Source of the DNA: Patescibacteria group bacterium
GTDB taxonomy: Bacteria > Patescibacteriota > Patescibacteriia > Buchananbacterales > SURF-54
DNA: 55,360 bases
Assembly (NCBI GenBank): GCA_018818885.1
Contig: JAHIRB010000041.1
Coordinates: 1-55,360, forward strand
Reading direction: 5' to 3'
The position numbers and the translations under genes were made by a program. Within the stretch, counting starts at the first letter, position 1, and every line of letters starts with the position of its first letter. Shown piece by piece: positions 20,169 to 31,042 of the stretch. The notes below the pieces were generated by a model that was not told the DNA's origin, searched no databases, and worked only from the letters and a program-made list of their open reading frames with translations.

Positions 20169-20549
20169 TTAATAAGAATTTATAAAATTACAATTTATAT
20201 CGACTTCAACAAAATGATGAGCCTGGCCAGCAATAAATTCCGGGCACTGATTCACCGGATCGTTATCTACCGCTTGTCGTGGATTGTGTGCGACATCGCA
20301 AGCCCAATCTGGAATTATTTGTCCTGAAAGGCATGGGCCAAGATTAAAGTACGCTTCACTACTCTCTATTGTTTTGACCTTACATAATTCTATACATTTA
20401 GCTCTAGCTATAGTTTCTTCGGCATCACCTTTTGCACCCACTATATTTTCTATACTACTTTGTGGTTGATCATCTCCTTGCGGAGCATGTACAAAATATG
20501 TGATAACTCCGATAACAGCGAGAACAAGTAAAATTCCAATGTATTTCAT
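20169..20549 (-). CDS. Secreted Cys-rich hypothetical protein
   Basis: N-terminal TM; GPCLS..WACDVAHNPR..D..NQC..HHFVEVD..C. Confidence 0.75.
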   Translation of the reverse strand: MKYIGILLVLAVIGVITYFVHAPQGDDQPQSSIENIVGAKGDAEETIARAKCIELCKVKTIESSEAYFNLGPCLSGQIIPDWACDVAHNPRQAVDNDPVNQCPEFIAGQAHHFVEVDINCNFINSY

Positions 20550-20621
20550 ATATTTAACAACTCTACTAACTCTATCTCCTTTAGCTAATATTTAGTTCAT
20601 CTCTATATCGCTCTTTCCACT

Positions 20622-21083
20622 TTACTTCTTGCTCTTAAATATCAACCAATTTTTTCCTTCTAAATTAAACAAAACGTAATTACCCTTTAGCTTTTTTCCT
20701 GCCAGTCTAAATTTTAAAGATTTTTCTCCAATATCTAGTAGCTGATATTTACCCTTGTCAAAAATTTTAACTGTCCCTGCTCCGTACTCCCCTTTAGGAA
20801 TAACTCCTTTAAAATTGATGTACTCAACAGGATGATCTTCTACTGCTACAGCCAGATGTTTTATGCCAAAATCCTGTGGCACGCCTTTGGGTACTGCCCA
20901 AGACTTCAAAACAATATCTCCAGTTACAACATCTTCTGGCAGCTCCAACCTAAAATCATAGTGTAAATGTGAGGCTTGATGTTTTTGAACCACAAAACGC
21001 CAAAGATTTTTTTTTGCAGATTTACCAGAAGGCTCGGGAGTTTTGGTAAACTTCCGTTTTGACTTATACTTTTGCAAAGCCAT
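20622..21083 (-). CDS. Stand-alone LigD 3'-phosphoesterase domain protein
   Basis: FVVQKHQASHLHYDFRLE, LKSWAVPKG, EDHP, GEYGAG. Confidence 0.92.
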   Translation of the reverse strand: MALQKYKSKRKFTKTPEPSGKSAKKNLWRFVVQKHQASHLHYDFRLELPEDVVTGDIVLKSWAVPKGVPQDFGIKHLAVAVEDHPVEYINFKGVIPKGEYGAGTVKIFDKGKYQLLDIGEKSLKFRLAGKKLKGNYVLFNLEGKNWLIFKSKK

Positions 21084-21086
21084 AAT

Positions 21087-21374
21087 CTAAACTTTTAGAT
21101 AAACTACATCTCCTTCTTTGACTGGTTCGGAAACCTTGAGACCGACAGCATCACCTTTTTTGGCTGCTTGAACTTGTTCATGTTCTACCTGCATAGAATC
21201 TACTGGTTGTTCAAATTCTTGCCCACGGCCATTTACAACGATGGTATCACCAACCTTTAGGCCAGCTGTAAGTTCTACAACAGCAACACCGATCTTGCCA
21301 AAGTAATGCGTTATCTTTCCAATTTCCTTACCAGGAGGAGCTTGTTGTTCTTCTGTAGTTTTTTCTTCTGCCAT
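21087..21374 (-). CDS. Translation-factor-like beta-barrel protein (U32 C-terminal-like)
   Basis: IGKITHYFGKIGVAVV..LKVGD..VDSMQ..A.KGD.VGLKV..V.EGD.VY. Confidence 0.8.
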   Translation of the reverse strand: MAEEKTTEEQQAPPGKEIGKITHYFGKIGVAVVELTAGLKVGDTIVVNGRGQEFEQPVDSMQVEHEQVQAAKKGDAVGLKVSEPVKEGDVVYLKV

Positions 21375-21469
21375 ATGATTTTAGTTAATAAAGATAAATT
21401 TTTTTGGGGCTTACTGCTTATACAACACTAACTTTTCCGCTTAACTATTGTAGCAAATATTAAACAAAA

Positions 21470-21505
21470 GAAAAAGCCCCGCAAACCACAGTGTGGTTTG
21501 CGGGA
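21470..21505 (-). terminator. Terminator after purC
   Basis: CCCGCAAACCAC..GTGGTTTGCGGG with U tract on the minus strand. Confidence 0.75.
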
Positions 21506-21519
21506 CCAGTTAGCCTCGA

Positions 21520-22449
21520 TTAGGCTACCATCGCGAGATCGATCGAACCCCACGCTTCGGCGAATGCCGTGTATCGTCGTGCTCCCTCCATAAGCACACT
21601 TTCGGAGAAATCGGGATAGAACGGAACTTCCTGCTTGAGCCTGCGGGCTTCATCCACTATATCTTTGTAACCCATAGCGATGAGCGCCTGGCGGAAGTAT
21701 TCTTTGCCCTGATGTTCTATTCTTCCTTCGTTTTCCAGTGCAGCCAGCTCAAAAAAACGATCTTCGTCTTGGGTGTGCCACACATCTCCCAACATAGGTA
21801 TGCGTTGAGGACCAACAAGAGCCACTTCTTTCTTGCCGTCACAGTAGGCGTAGCCGAGCTGACGAGCGAGGGCGGCTGCAATGCCGTCGTAACGATTGAT
21901 CATCGCCCATATTCTTCCTTGAAGGATGGGGTCAATGCTGCACATGAGCATTGCTTCTTCGTTGCTCAGCTCGCGGTCGGTTTCTTCAAACTTGGTCGTA
22001 GCATGGTTTACTGGCCACGGTAGTATTGTGCCTTCCGGCGGCACGCCTTGAGTAGGATCAAAACCATAATCCTCGAGCTTCTTTTTGCCAGACAGCAAGT
22101 CACGGAGAAGGCTTCCCGAAAGCAGATAGCGGGTAATCCACTCGACAGGCAGGATGCAATTGGTGTCTTCCTCGGTCAATGGTCGGCCGAGGATGACATC
22201 GAATTCCCTGACCAATATTTTGGTATCGGTCAACTGTTTGATGAAGGCGGTGGGAATACCGAACCATTTCGCGATCATGGCAGACTTAACCGCCACCGTG
22301 CATATTGCCGCTCCCTTACCGGGAATTTCCTGTTTGGTTCGACCGACGTCGAAGCCCGAAATGTAATTGACAAAATCAAAACCAATTCCTCCGTCTTCAC
22401 GCGTAATATCCTTCGCGCTTCCTTCTCTTGGTATTACTAACCCTGACAT
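21520..22449 (-). CDS. purC: SAICAR synthetase (divergent)
   Basis: EGSAKDI, ISGFDV..IPGKG, PVEWITRYLLSGS, TTK, DGKKE, DEDRF. SD before ATG 22449. Confidence 0.88.
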   Translation of the reverse strand: MSGLVIPREGSAKDITREDGGIGFDFVNYISGFDVGRTKQEIPGKGAAICTVAVKSAMIAKWFGIPTAFIKQLTDTKILVREFDVILGRPLTEEDTNCILPVEWITRYLLSGSLLRDLLSGKKKLEDYGFDPTQGVPPEGTILPWPVNHATTKFEETDRELSNEEAMLMCSIDPILQGRIWAMINRYDGIAAALARQLGYAYCDGKKEVALVGPQRIPMLGDVWHTQDEDRFFELAALENEGRIEHQGKEYFRQALIAMGYKDIVDEARRLKQEVPFYPDFSESVLMEGARRYTAFAEAWGSIDLAMVA

Positions 22450-22468
22450 CTTTACATCACCTTCCTCT

Positions 22469-23005
22469 CTATTGCTGTTCCTTGAGTTTCTTTTCCGCGT
22501 CTTCGATTGCTTCCTCCAGACTGCGATCAACGGTTGAACGTGACTCCGGCTTCTTTATTTCTGGAAATTCTCCATTGACCGCAAACGCACAAGCTTCGAG
22601 AAAGCCCATCTCACCGATAAAATCATTAAAGACGACTTGTGTTCCAGGAACACACGTGATGCTCAGAATCGCTGCTCGGTTCAATTCCGACTGATCGGCT
22701 TCGAATGCTACTCCGATAAAAGTGGTTTTAATGTCATTGAGGACATATCGAGCATAGGCTTCCAGTGAACCTGTCAAATGATTCGCGTGACCTGCGCCGA
22801 GAATCCAAGCGTCGATCTTTCCGAGCCAATTCTTGATTGTCTCACGTGACTCATCTTGATTCCGATGAAAACTCGAGGTTTTAAAAATCTTTACCTCGAC
22901 CAAGCCTTCTTTTTCTACTTCTCTGAGATACTTAAGACCTCGTAAGCATTGCGGCAGATCGCTATCTGAGCCGATCATAATTCCGACTTTTCTGACCTTT
23001 GCCAT
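22469..23005 (-). CDS. purE: AIR carboxylase / N5-CAIR mutase family (divergent)
   Basis: VGIMIGSDSDL, SSFHR, GAGHANHLTG, FIGV. Confidence 0.85.
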   Translation of the reverse strand: MAKVRKVGIMIGSDSDLPQCLRGLKYLREVEKEGLVEVKIFKTSSFHRNQDESRETIKNWLGKIDAWILGAGHANHLTGSLEAYARYVLNDIKTTFIGVAFEADQSELNRAAILSITCVPGTQVVFNDFIGEMGFLEACAFAVNGEFPEIKKPESRSTVDRSLEEAIEDAEKKLKEQQ

Positions 23006-23006
23006 A

Positions 23007-23078
23007 CTATTCCTCCTCGGATACTTCTTCCTTGCTTAGGTTTGGATCAAGTGGCACAAACAACCATTTTCGCTTCAA
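23007..23078 (-). CDS. 23-aa small ORF coupled to purE (MKRKWLFVPLDPNLSKEEVSEEE)
   Basis: AAAGGAG SD, TTG start, TAG 1 nt before the purE ATG. Confidence 0.4.
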   Translation of the reverse strand: MKRKWLFVPLDPNLSKEEVSEEE

Positions 23079-23123
23079 GCTATCAACTCCTTTCTGTAGT
23101 GGTGTGATTAATTTTCATAGAGC

Positions 23124-23198
23124 AAAAAAACTCTTTCCTCCCTGGAAAAGAGCCCTCCTTGTGATTAGTATCTTATATAAAATCGTTAATTTAGTCAA
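23124..23198 (-). promoter_or_regulatory. purEC promoter plus leader terminator-like hairpin
   Basis: TTGACT-17-TAAGAT, then GGAGG-GCTCTTTTCC-AGGGA-GGAAAGAG-T7. Confidence 0.65.
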
Positions 23199-23204
23199 TT
23201 ATAA

Positions 23205-23238
23205 GAGGGCAGGTCTGCTTTTTGCAGTACCTGCCCTC
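23205..23238 (-). terminator. Hairpin after the purH C-terminal gene
   Basis: GAGGGCAGGT..ACCTGCCCTC. Confidence 0.65.
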
Positions 23239-23258
23239 GATATTTTTTCCTCCGTGGT

Positions 23259-24329
23259 TTAGTGTCCGAAAAAACCTCTCATTTCGGCGTCCGGTTTCAT
23301 ATACAGAGTTACACCGTGCTTCTCGCACAGCGCGATGATTTTTTCGTCGTTGATGGAACCACTGGTAGCGAATATCGCCCGTATGCCCGCATCGATCAAA
23401 ATTTGAGGGCCATCCCTAAATGGGAAAAAGCTGTCGCTATCTGCAACCACCGGTGCACCCGGATCATGGAGTACGTGATTTGCATCCCTGGCCAACCAAA
23501 CAGCCAAGTGGCAAGCAATGTAACTCGCCTGCTGTCCAGCACCATTGCCGACAAGTTGTCGACCCTTTACCAAGGTAATGGTATTGCTGTTGGATGTGGC
23601 GTTGATTGACCGGCCGAAAAGCAGTGCCTCTTCGTACTTTGAATACGGTGTACCGTAGATTGCCAAACCAGGGTCGTTGAAATTCAAAACCGAACTATAG
23701 GCATCCTGGTCAAGAAATCCTTTTCGCACTGGTCGAATTACTGACTCTGTGTCCATACATTGGCCATGAAGATTTTCCAATGCTGGATTAACAATCAAAC
23801 GGCATTTTCCCGACTTACGCGACAAAATATTGACCGCATCTATCTCGAAGCTTGGTGCTATTACGGTATCAAGCTGTGCTTTACCCTCTATTAGCAGAGC
23901 TTGTGCGATCTCTTTGGTACACTTCTGGTTCATGATCACCGAACCACCAAATATCGCTAGAGGGTGACCCGCCATCATCAATCGCGCGGCTTCAGCGAAA
24001 TCTTCGTCCATTTCACACCACGCTGCACCACATGGATTTCCATGTTTCACTCCGATAATTATTTGAGCTACTTTGAGCTCATTTACCCAACGGGCAGTAG
24101 CATAGTGTGCCATGGTGGCGACAAGGCGATCGGTGTCACACCAATTGTTGAAACTGCGATCGCTACCTTCCTGTATCAAGAAGTTTGCCATTGCCAAAGG
24201 ATCTTTGGTGTGGTCGGGGCCGTCTTGTGTTGAAAAAAGACTCGCGCCCTTTTGATCCTTGTTTTCACCATATTTACATCGATCGACTTGTTTTCCCGAA
24301 ATTGTTACTTCTATTCCATCATCAATCAT
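23259..24329 (-). CDS. purH: AICAR transformylase (PurH C-terminal domain as a separate gene)
   Basis: KYGEN, VKHGNPCG, GAGQ, SDSFFPFRDG, GSIND. Own SD-like purine run and ATG 24329. Confidence 0.88.
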   Translation of the reverse strand: MIDDGIEVTISGKQVDRCKYGENKDQKGASLFSTQDGPDHTKDPLAMANFLIQEGSDRSFNNWCDTDRLVATMAHYATARWVNELKVAQIIIGVKHGNPCGAAWCEMDEDFAEAARLMMAGHPLAIFGGSVIMNQKCTKEIAQALLIEGKAQLDTVIAPSFEIDAVNILSRKSGKCRLIVNPALENLHGQCMDTESVIRPVRKGFLDQDAYSSVLNFNDPGLAIYGTPYSKYEEALLFGRSINATSNSNTITLVKGRQLVGNGAGQQASYIACHLAVWLARDANHVLHDPGAPVVADSDSFFPFRDGPQILIDAGIRAIFATSGSINDEKIIALCEKHGVTLYMKPDAEMRGFFGH

Positions 24330-24348
24330 TTTCTTACCTGTCCTTTCC

Positions 24349-24957
24349 TTAGTTTCTTTGCGCTGCCAGATAGCCAGCGATTGCGCGGTCGTATTGCTCG
24401 GTGTGCTCGAAAACTTCGCAGGCCAGCTTGTACCGGAGTTCTTCCGGAATCGTTCCCTTGCCTTTTTCCAGCGCCACGGCGATCTGCTGATACCTGTCGG
24501 GATTGCAGATGACGACGACGTCGCGATAGTTTTTGGCCGCTGCCCGAAGCATAGTCGGACCACCGATGTCGATCTGCTCGATTGCATCTTCAAGCTTGAC
24601 ACCTTCTTTCGCGACTGTTTCCTGAAACGGATACAGATTGACGACGACGATGCTTATTAGACTGAGGCGACGTCTTCTCATGGCTTTCATGTGTTCTATG
24701 TTTTCACGTTTAGCCAGAATGCCGGCGTGAATTTTCGGATGGAGAGTTTTTACCCGTCCGTCCATCATCTCCTTGAAACCTGTGAAATCCGCCACCTCGC
24801 GAACCGGTATTTCCGAATCATCGAGCCTTGTTGCTGTGCCGCCTGTCGATAAGATGCCATCGACATTTCCGTATTTGAGAATGGCTTCAGCTATAAACTC
24901 AACATCTTTTTTGTCTGAAACGCTGATTAATTTCCAGTTTGGTAGTACGATATCCAT
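24349..24957 (-). CDS. purH: IMP cyclohydrolase (PurH N-terminal MGS-like domain as a separate gene)
   Basis: LISVSDK, STGGTA, DGRVKTLHPKIHAGILA, VNLYPF, IDIGGPTMLRAAAKN. Confidence 0.93.
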   Translation of the reverse strand: MDIVLPNWKLISVSDKKDVEFIAEAILKYGNVDGILSTGGTATRLDDSEIPVREVADFTGFKEMMDGRVKTLHPKIHAGILAKRENIEHMKAMRRRRLSLISIVVVNLYPFQETVAKEGVKLEDAIEQIDIGGPTMLRAAAKNYRDVVVICNPDRYQQIAVALEKGKGTIPEELRYKLACEVFEHTEQYDRAIAGYLAAQRN

Positions 24958-24975
24958 GTTCTTTCTTCTCCTTTC

Positions 24976-26409
24976 CTAGACAGTAAGCCTAAGTTTTCGT
25001 TCTGCCTCTTTCTTAGCCAGCTTGACACAATCGCCAATATACTTCTCTGGATTTTTCATCAGCTTCTTTATGTTTTCGTCCACTCCTTCCCATGCCAACT
25101 GAAGATCTGGTGACTCCGATCCATTCTTAATGATCAGCTCTACATTTGTTGCCAAATCATCACCAAACATCTTTGCCTGAGGAATTAATAATTTGTTTAC
25201 AAACTGATGAGAATCCTTGAGTCCAGAATGCTGCAATGCCAAATGCATCAGCTCGGCCATAACCACATACATGTCTTCTTCGAAATTTACTCTTGCGCGC
25301 TCGTGGTCGAACTTGAAGGATTTGAAAATCCTCTTGGCAGTTTTTAGCTGCTGGAAAACATATACCAGTATGGCAGAGTAATCCCGCATAACGCAGGAAT
25401 TACGCAGATCCCTTTGCAGATCACTAACAAGATTCAGCAAAGGTTTACACAGTTCAGCAAAAGTGAGAATCTGCATCCCGGCGATGTTTTCTCCGGCTAT
25501 TGGATTTGCTTTCTTGTGAGCCATTGTAGAAGAAGACGATGACGCTGAAAGGACTTCACCAAACTCAGGAGCCTGCAAAATCCTAATATCTTCTCCCAGC
25601 TGAGCTAACGACCCAGAAAGCATGTAGCTTTCAAACAAAAATCGTGTAATTGCCTCAGGCGGGGGTATTTGGGTTGAAATTCTAGGCTGTGCAACACCCA
25701 TCATTTTCAACGCCTCTTCTTCGTAATCTCCTGCCTGACTGATCAACACCCTTCCGGCAGCTTTTGAACCCACTGCTCCAGAAAACTTGCCCAAAAGCTG
25801 GCCATTTCGTCTTGCCATCTCGGACACGTTATCGAAAAACCTTGCATGCGCAGAGGCTAACCAAAACCCTGCGGTTATGGGTAAAGCATGTTGAATATGC
25901 GTTCTACCCATTTGTATATACTCTGCGGTTTCTGCAATCCTTTGTCGCCACAGTTCATCAACTTCCAATATCATCGGCACAAAAGCCTTATTAAAAGTGT
26001 ATTTATACTGCAGGCTATAAGCCGTACTGATGACATCATACGAGGTTAATGAATAGTGCAGCCACTTGTGCAATGGCTCCGGCATAGCGGCTCTCATCAG
26101 CTGAAGCAAGGCTAAAATGTCGTGTTTTAGCTTGTCTTCAACTTTATCCATCTGGCTTGTTGTTATTGCCAACACCTTAGCAAAGTTTTCTTTTGTCAGA
26201 TGCTTAGCGTCTTCTTCGGGCATAATCCCCTTTTTGGCCAGAAACAACAACCACATCCATTCAACGATTACTAACCAAGTTGCCCATGTTCCATATGCGA
26301 GATACATCAGCAACTGCTCTGGCTGATAACGAGGGTTACCAGGCATGTCCTTACGACGTCCCAGAGTTTCAGAAGCTACCCTTAATGCAAACTCTATCAA
26401 ATCTCTCAT
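24976..26409 (-). CDS. purB: Adenylosuccinate lyase (divergent)
   Basis: KHD, HYSLTSYD, MGRTHIQHALP, SGAVG, SSTMAHKKANP, RDLRNS. Confidence 0.9.
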   Translation of the reverse strand: MRDLIEFALRVASETLGRRKDMPGNPRYQPEQLLMYLAYGTWATWLVIVEWMWLLFLAKKGIMPEEDAKHLTKENFAKVLAITTSQMDKVEDKLKHDILALLQLMRAAMPEPLHKWLHYSLTSYDVISTAYSLQYKYTFNKAFVPMILEVDELWRQRIAETAEYIQMGRTHIQHALPITAGFWLASAHARFFDNVSEMARRNGQLLGKFSGAVGSKAAGRVLISQAGDYEEEALKMMGVAQPRISTQIPPPEAITRFLFESYMLSGSLAQLGEDIRILQAPEFGEVLSASSSSSTMAHKKANPIAGENIAGMQILTFAELCKPLLNLVSDLQRDLRNSCVMRDYSAILVYVFQQLKTAKRIFKSFKFDHERARVNFEEDMYVVMAELMHLALQHSGLKDSHQFVNKLLIPQAKMFGDDLATNVELIIKNGSESPDLQLAWEGVDENIKKLMKNPEKYIGDCVKLAKKEAERKLRLTV

Positions 26410-26461
26410 CTTCTTTTCTCCTATTCATTTATTCCAAAGTTAACTTGTCAATGAACTATTA

Positions 26462-26539
26462 TAAAAAGTTCCTCCCTCCAAAGAAAGGAACCTCCAATTT
26501 TCGTAGGTATATCTTATATTTTTTTGCAAATTTAGTCAA
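26462..26539 (-). promoter_or_regulatory. purB promoter plus leader terminator-like hairpin
   Basis: TTGACT-17-TAAGAT, then GGAG-GTTCCTTTC-TTTG-GAGGGAGGAAC-T5. Confidence 0.65.
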
Positions 26540-26639
26540 TCACGTCGCTTTCGAACGACTTGATCAACTAAATTAAAAAACAAGTGTTTAAATATACTAC
26601 TTGAACACTTGTTTACTAATTTACTAAAATACTCAACTA

Positions 26640-28130
26640 CTAAATCGTCTCCACCTCAATCAAATTTGTCTCCCCAATATAACCAAACGGATAACTAGAA
26701 CAAATAACAACTTTATCTCCCTTTTCGACTAGTTTTTGCGTAATTAAGATTGCTCGAATATTTCTAATTAACTCTGCAACTGATTTGCATTGTGGAATTA
26801 AATGTGGATGTACGCCCCAGCTTAAATTAAGCTGACGGGCTGTTTTTTCAAACGAAGTTACTGCCACAAGCGGCTTTTCTGGTTTAAATCTTGAAATTGC
26901 TCTAGCAGTAAAGCCAGAAGTTGTAGAACATATTATTACTTTTGCTCCAACATCATGCGCAATATTGTTAACTGCAAATCCTACAGATTCTGTAACTGAA
27001 TGTTTACCTTTAATCCAAGGTTTATGATCTCTATATCGTTCAATCTCTGCACCCTCTACTTCAAGTGCGACTTTTCGCATTACTTGAACTGCTCGTAATG
27101 GATATTTCCCAGTGGCAGTTTCGCCAGAAAGCATAATACCATCAGTGCCATCTAAGATTGCATTGGCGATATCTGATACCTCTGCTCGTGTTGGTATGGG
27201 TTTATTAGTCATTGAATCAAGCATTTGTGTAGCAACTATTACTGGCTTTCCAACTTCATTACACTTTCTTACAATATCTTTTTGTATTAATGGTACATCC
27301 TCAAGTGGTAGCTCAATTCCCAAATCGCCACGTGCAACCATAATGCCATCTGCTGCCTCTAAAATCTTTTTAAAATTGTGTACTGCTTCCTTTCGTTCTA
27401 TCTTTGCGATAATGCGAGTATGTATTCCAGACCATTTACCTTTGGCAGTTGGTTTTTTAAAATCTTTTTGATTTGATTTGCCGTGTTTATTCTCTAAAGC
27501 AATTATTCTTTTTCTTAAATTCAAAACATCTTGTTCATCCCGCACAAAAGAAAGGGCCACAAAATCAACATCGTTTTTTATCCCAAAAGAAACATCAGCA
27601 ATATCTTTTTTTGTCACTGCCGGACAATGCACTTCGGACTTAGGAAAGTTCATTCCTTTGTGAGATTTAATAATTCCTCCAACTTTAACGCGGCATCGAA
27701 TTAATTTACCCTTAATTTCTGTTACCTCTAGTTGAATATTGGCATCATCAATCAATATTGGATTCCCTTTTTCCAAATCTTTATAGATATCTGGATATTG
27801 AATTGGAATAAAGTACCCTAATTTTTTTAAACTGACTTTATAATTTTCTGGAACTAAATTTACTATCATGCCTTTGGTAACTTCTACTCCTCCTTTTGAA
27901 ACATCACCAATTCTAATTCGTGGTCCTTGCAAATCTTGTAAAATTGCAATTGGCCTTTTTACTTTCTTAGATACTGCTCTGATATTTCCAATCAGCATTT
28001 TGTGATGATCGTAAGTGTTGTGGGACATGTTTAAACGAGCCACGTTTAAACCAGAAACAACCATTTTTTCAATAGTTGATCGTTTTTCAGAGGCTGGTCC
28101 GATTGTGCAGACGATTTTTGTCCTTTTCAT
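26640..28130 (-). CDS. pyk: Pyruvate kinase
   Basis: RTKIVCTIGPAS, ARLNMSH, DLQGP, IAKIE, MVARGDLG, ATQMLDSM, MLSGETA. Confidence 0.98.
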   Translation of the reverse strand: MKRTKIVCTIGPASEKRSTIEKMVVSGLNVARLNMSHNTYDHHKMLIGNIRAVSKKVKRPIAILQDLQGPRIRIGDVSKGGVEVTKGMIVNLVPENYKVSLKKLGYFIPIQYPDIYKDLEKGNPILIDDANIQLEVTEIKGKLIRCRVKVGGIIKSHKGMNFPKSEVHCPAVTKKDIADVSFGIKNDVDFVALSFVRDEQDVLNLRKRIIALENKHGKSNQKDFKKPTAKGKWSGIHTRIIAKIERKEAVHNFKKILEAADGIMVARGDLGIELPLEDVPLIQKDIVRKCNEVGKPVIVATQMLDSMTNKPIPTRAEVSDIANAILDGTDGIMLSGETATGKYPLRAVQVMRKVALEVEGAEIERYRDHKPWIKGKHSVTESVGFAVNNIAHDVGAKVIICSTTSGFTARAISRFKPEKPLVAVTSFEKTARQLNLSWGVHPHLIPQCKSVAELIRNIRAILITQKLVEKGDKVVICSSYPFGYIGETNLIEVETI

Positions 28131-28211
28131 ATCTAAAGTTAAGATAGCGATATAACGACAAAGCGATATAGAGAACCCTCTATCGCTTTATTAACTTTAT
28201 CGCTCTATCGC

Positions 28212-28511
28212 CTATAAGTTTATCTTCTTCGCCAAACTCCCTACTACCGGTATTTCCCACCATTCGCCGTTTAGAGCCTTAATTATTCCTACAATTGCCA
28301 AAACAAAAGCAACTGTTCCCAAAATCCATCCAAAGATTGGTACCCACCAAAAAACTTCAGCAACAAATAGAATCAAGCCTTGTTTTGCATGAAATTGAGC
28401 GAACTTTGAATCCTTTTTCATGGCTATTACCAAAACAGACAAAACCCAAACATAAGAGATTGCTCCCCAAGTTTTATCTTGTTGGCTAACTTTTCCTTTT
28501 TCTTCTGCCAT
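28212..28511 (-). CDS. DUF4870/Tic20-like small membrane protein
   Basis: SY..L, FHAKQGL, GIIKALNG.W.IP.VG. Confidence 0.8.
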   Translation of the reverse strand: MAEEKGKVSQQDKTWGAISYVWVLSVLVIAMKKDSKFAQFHAKQGLILFVAEVFWWVPIFGWILGTVAFVLAIVGIIKALNGEWWEIPVVGSLAKKINL

Positions 28512-28594
28512 AATTTTTATTTTAGTTAATAGTTATTTTAATAGGTATAGTATACCATAAAAAAGACGAGGCATCCATGCCCCGCCTTCTTATG

Positions 28595-28711
28595 TAACTT
28601 GATTACTTGTTTACTTAAATACTAATCTACTTGAACACTTGAACACTTGACTACTTGATACTTGTACCTTGCCTGCCCGCCATAGCGATAGCAAAGGCGG
28701 GTTACTTGACT
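28595..28711. repeat. Short-period (C/T)ACTTG tandem repeat with a nested CCCGCC..GGCGGG palindrome
   Basis: tacttgaacacttgaacacttgactacttgatacttgtacc; family also ~8226, 26580, 30465, 33450, 55068-55172. Confidence 0.75.
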
Positions 28712-28712
28712 A

Positions 28713-30383
<1,671 letters not shown>

Positions 30384-30485
30384 TTATGTTAATTATTGTA
30401 GCTCGCCCTCCGAAGCTTTAGCGGAGGAGGGTTTTGTCATAATGTGAAATTATTTATTAATAATTGTACCTTGGTACTTGGATAA

Positions 30486-30761
30486 CTATTCTATAATAGC
30501 TAACACATCCTCATCTGAAAGTATTTTATACTCTATCTCATCTACTTTTACTTCTTCGCCAGCGTATTTGCCGAACAAAACTTTATCGCGTTCCTTTAAA
30601 TTTAATTTTTGTATCTTTTCCCCGTCTCCGATTGCAACAATTGTGCCTTCGGCCTTTTTTTCTTTATCAACTGTGTCAGGCAAAATTATACCTGATTTAG
30701 TAGTTTCTGCCTCAGTAAGAGGTTGAACAACTACGCGATCACCTAATGGTTTGAGTTTCAT
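30486..30761 (-). CDS. groS: Co-chaperonin GroES
   Basis: LKPLGDRV, TKSGIILPD, KYAG. Confidence 0.98.
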   Translation of the reverse strand: MKLKPLGDRVVVQPLTEAETTKSGIILPDTVDKEKKAEGTIVAIGDGEKIQKLNLKERDKVLFGKYAGEEVKVDEIEYKILSDEDVLAIIE

Positions 30762-30877
30762 AACTATAATAAATTACTTATTAATTACTTTAATTACGAA
30801 TTACAAATTTATACAAATATTTGATCTATCCTGTTGATTCGTATATTTATATAAATTTGTAATTCGTATTTCCCAAA

Positions 30878-30904
30878 TTAGCACTCTACATTGTTGAGTG
30901 CTAA
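30878..30904. promoter_or_regulatory. CIRCE (HrcA operator)
   Basis: Perfect TTAGCACTC-N9-GAGTGCTAA upstream of groES, just downstream of a TTGACA promoter (~30922-30951, minus strand). Confidence 0.95.
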
Positions 30905-31042
30905 GTGAAGCGACATAGTATATCTTAATACAAAACCCCTGATATTGTCAAGAGTAAAAAATAGCCTTAAAAATGGCTAAGTTGCTTGCCTCGCCGTAGC
31001 GTATGCGAAGGCGGGTCAAAAGATTTGAATTATTTTAGAATT

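Noticed and set aside
24330-24602. N-terminal extension of the 447-aa ORF, or a programmed frameshift fusing PurH
   Set aside because: The extension is the shadow frame of the cyclohydrolase gene, and a separate ATG exists at 24329.
21712-24979. Numerous plus-strand ORFs across the pur island
   Set aside because: They are antisense shadows expected in GC-richer coding DNA.
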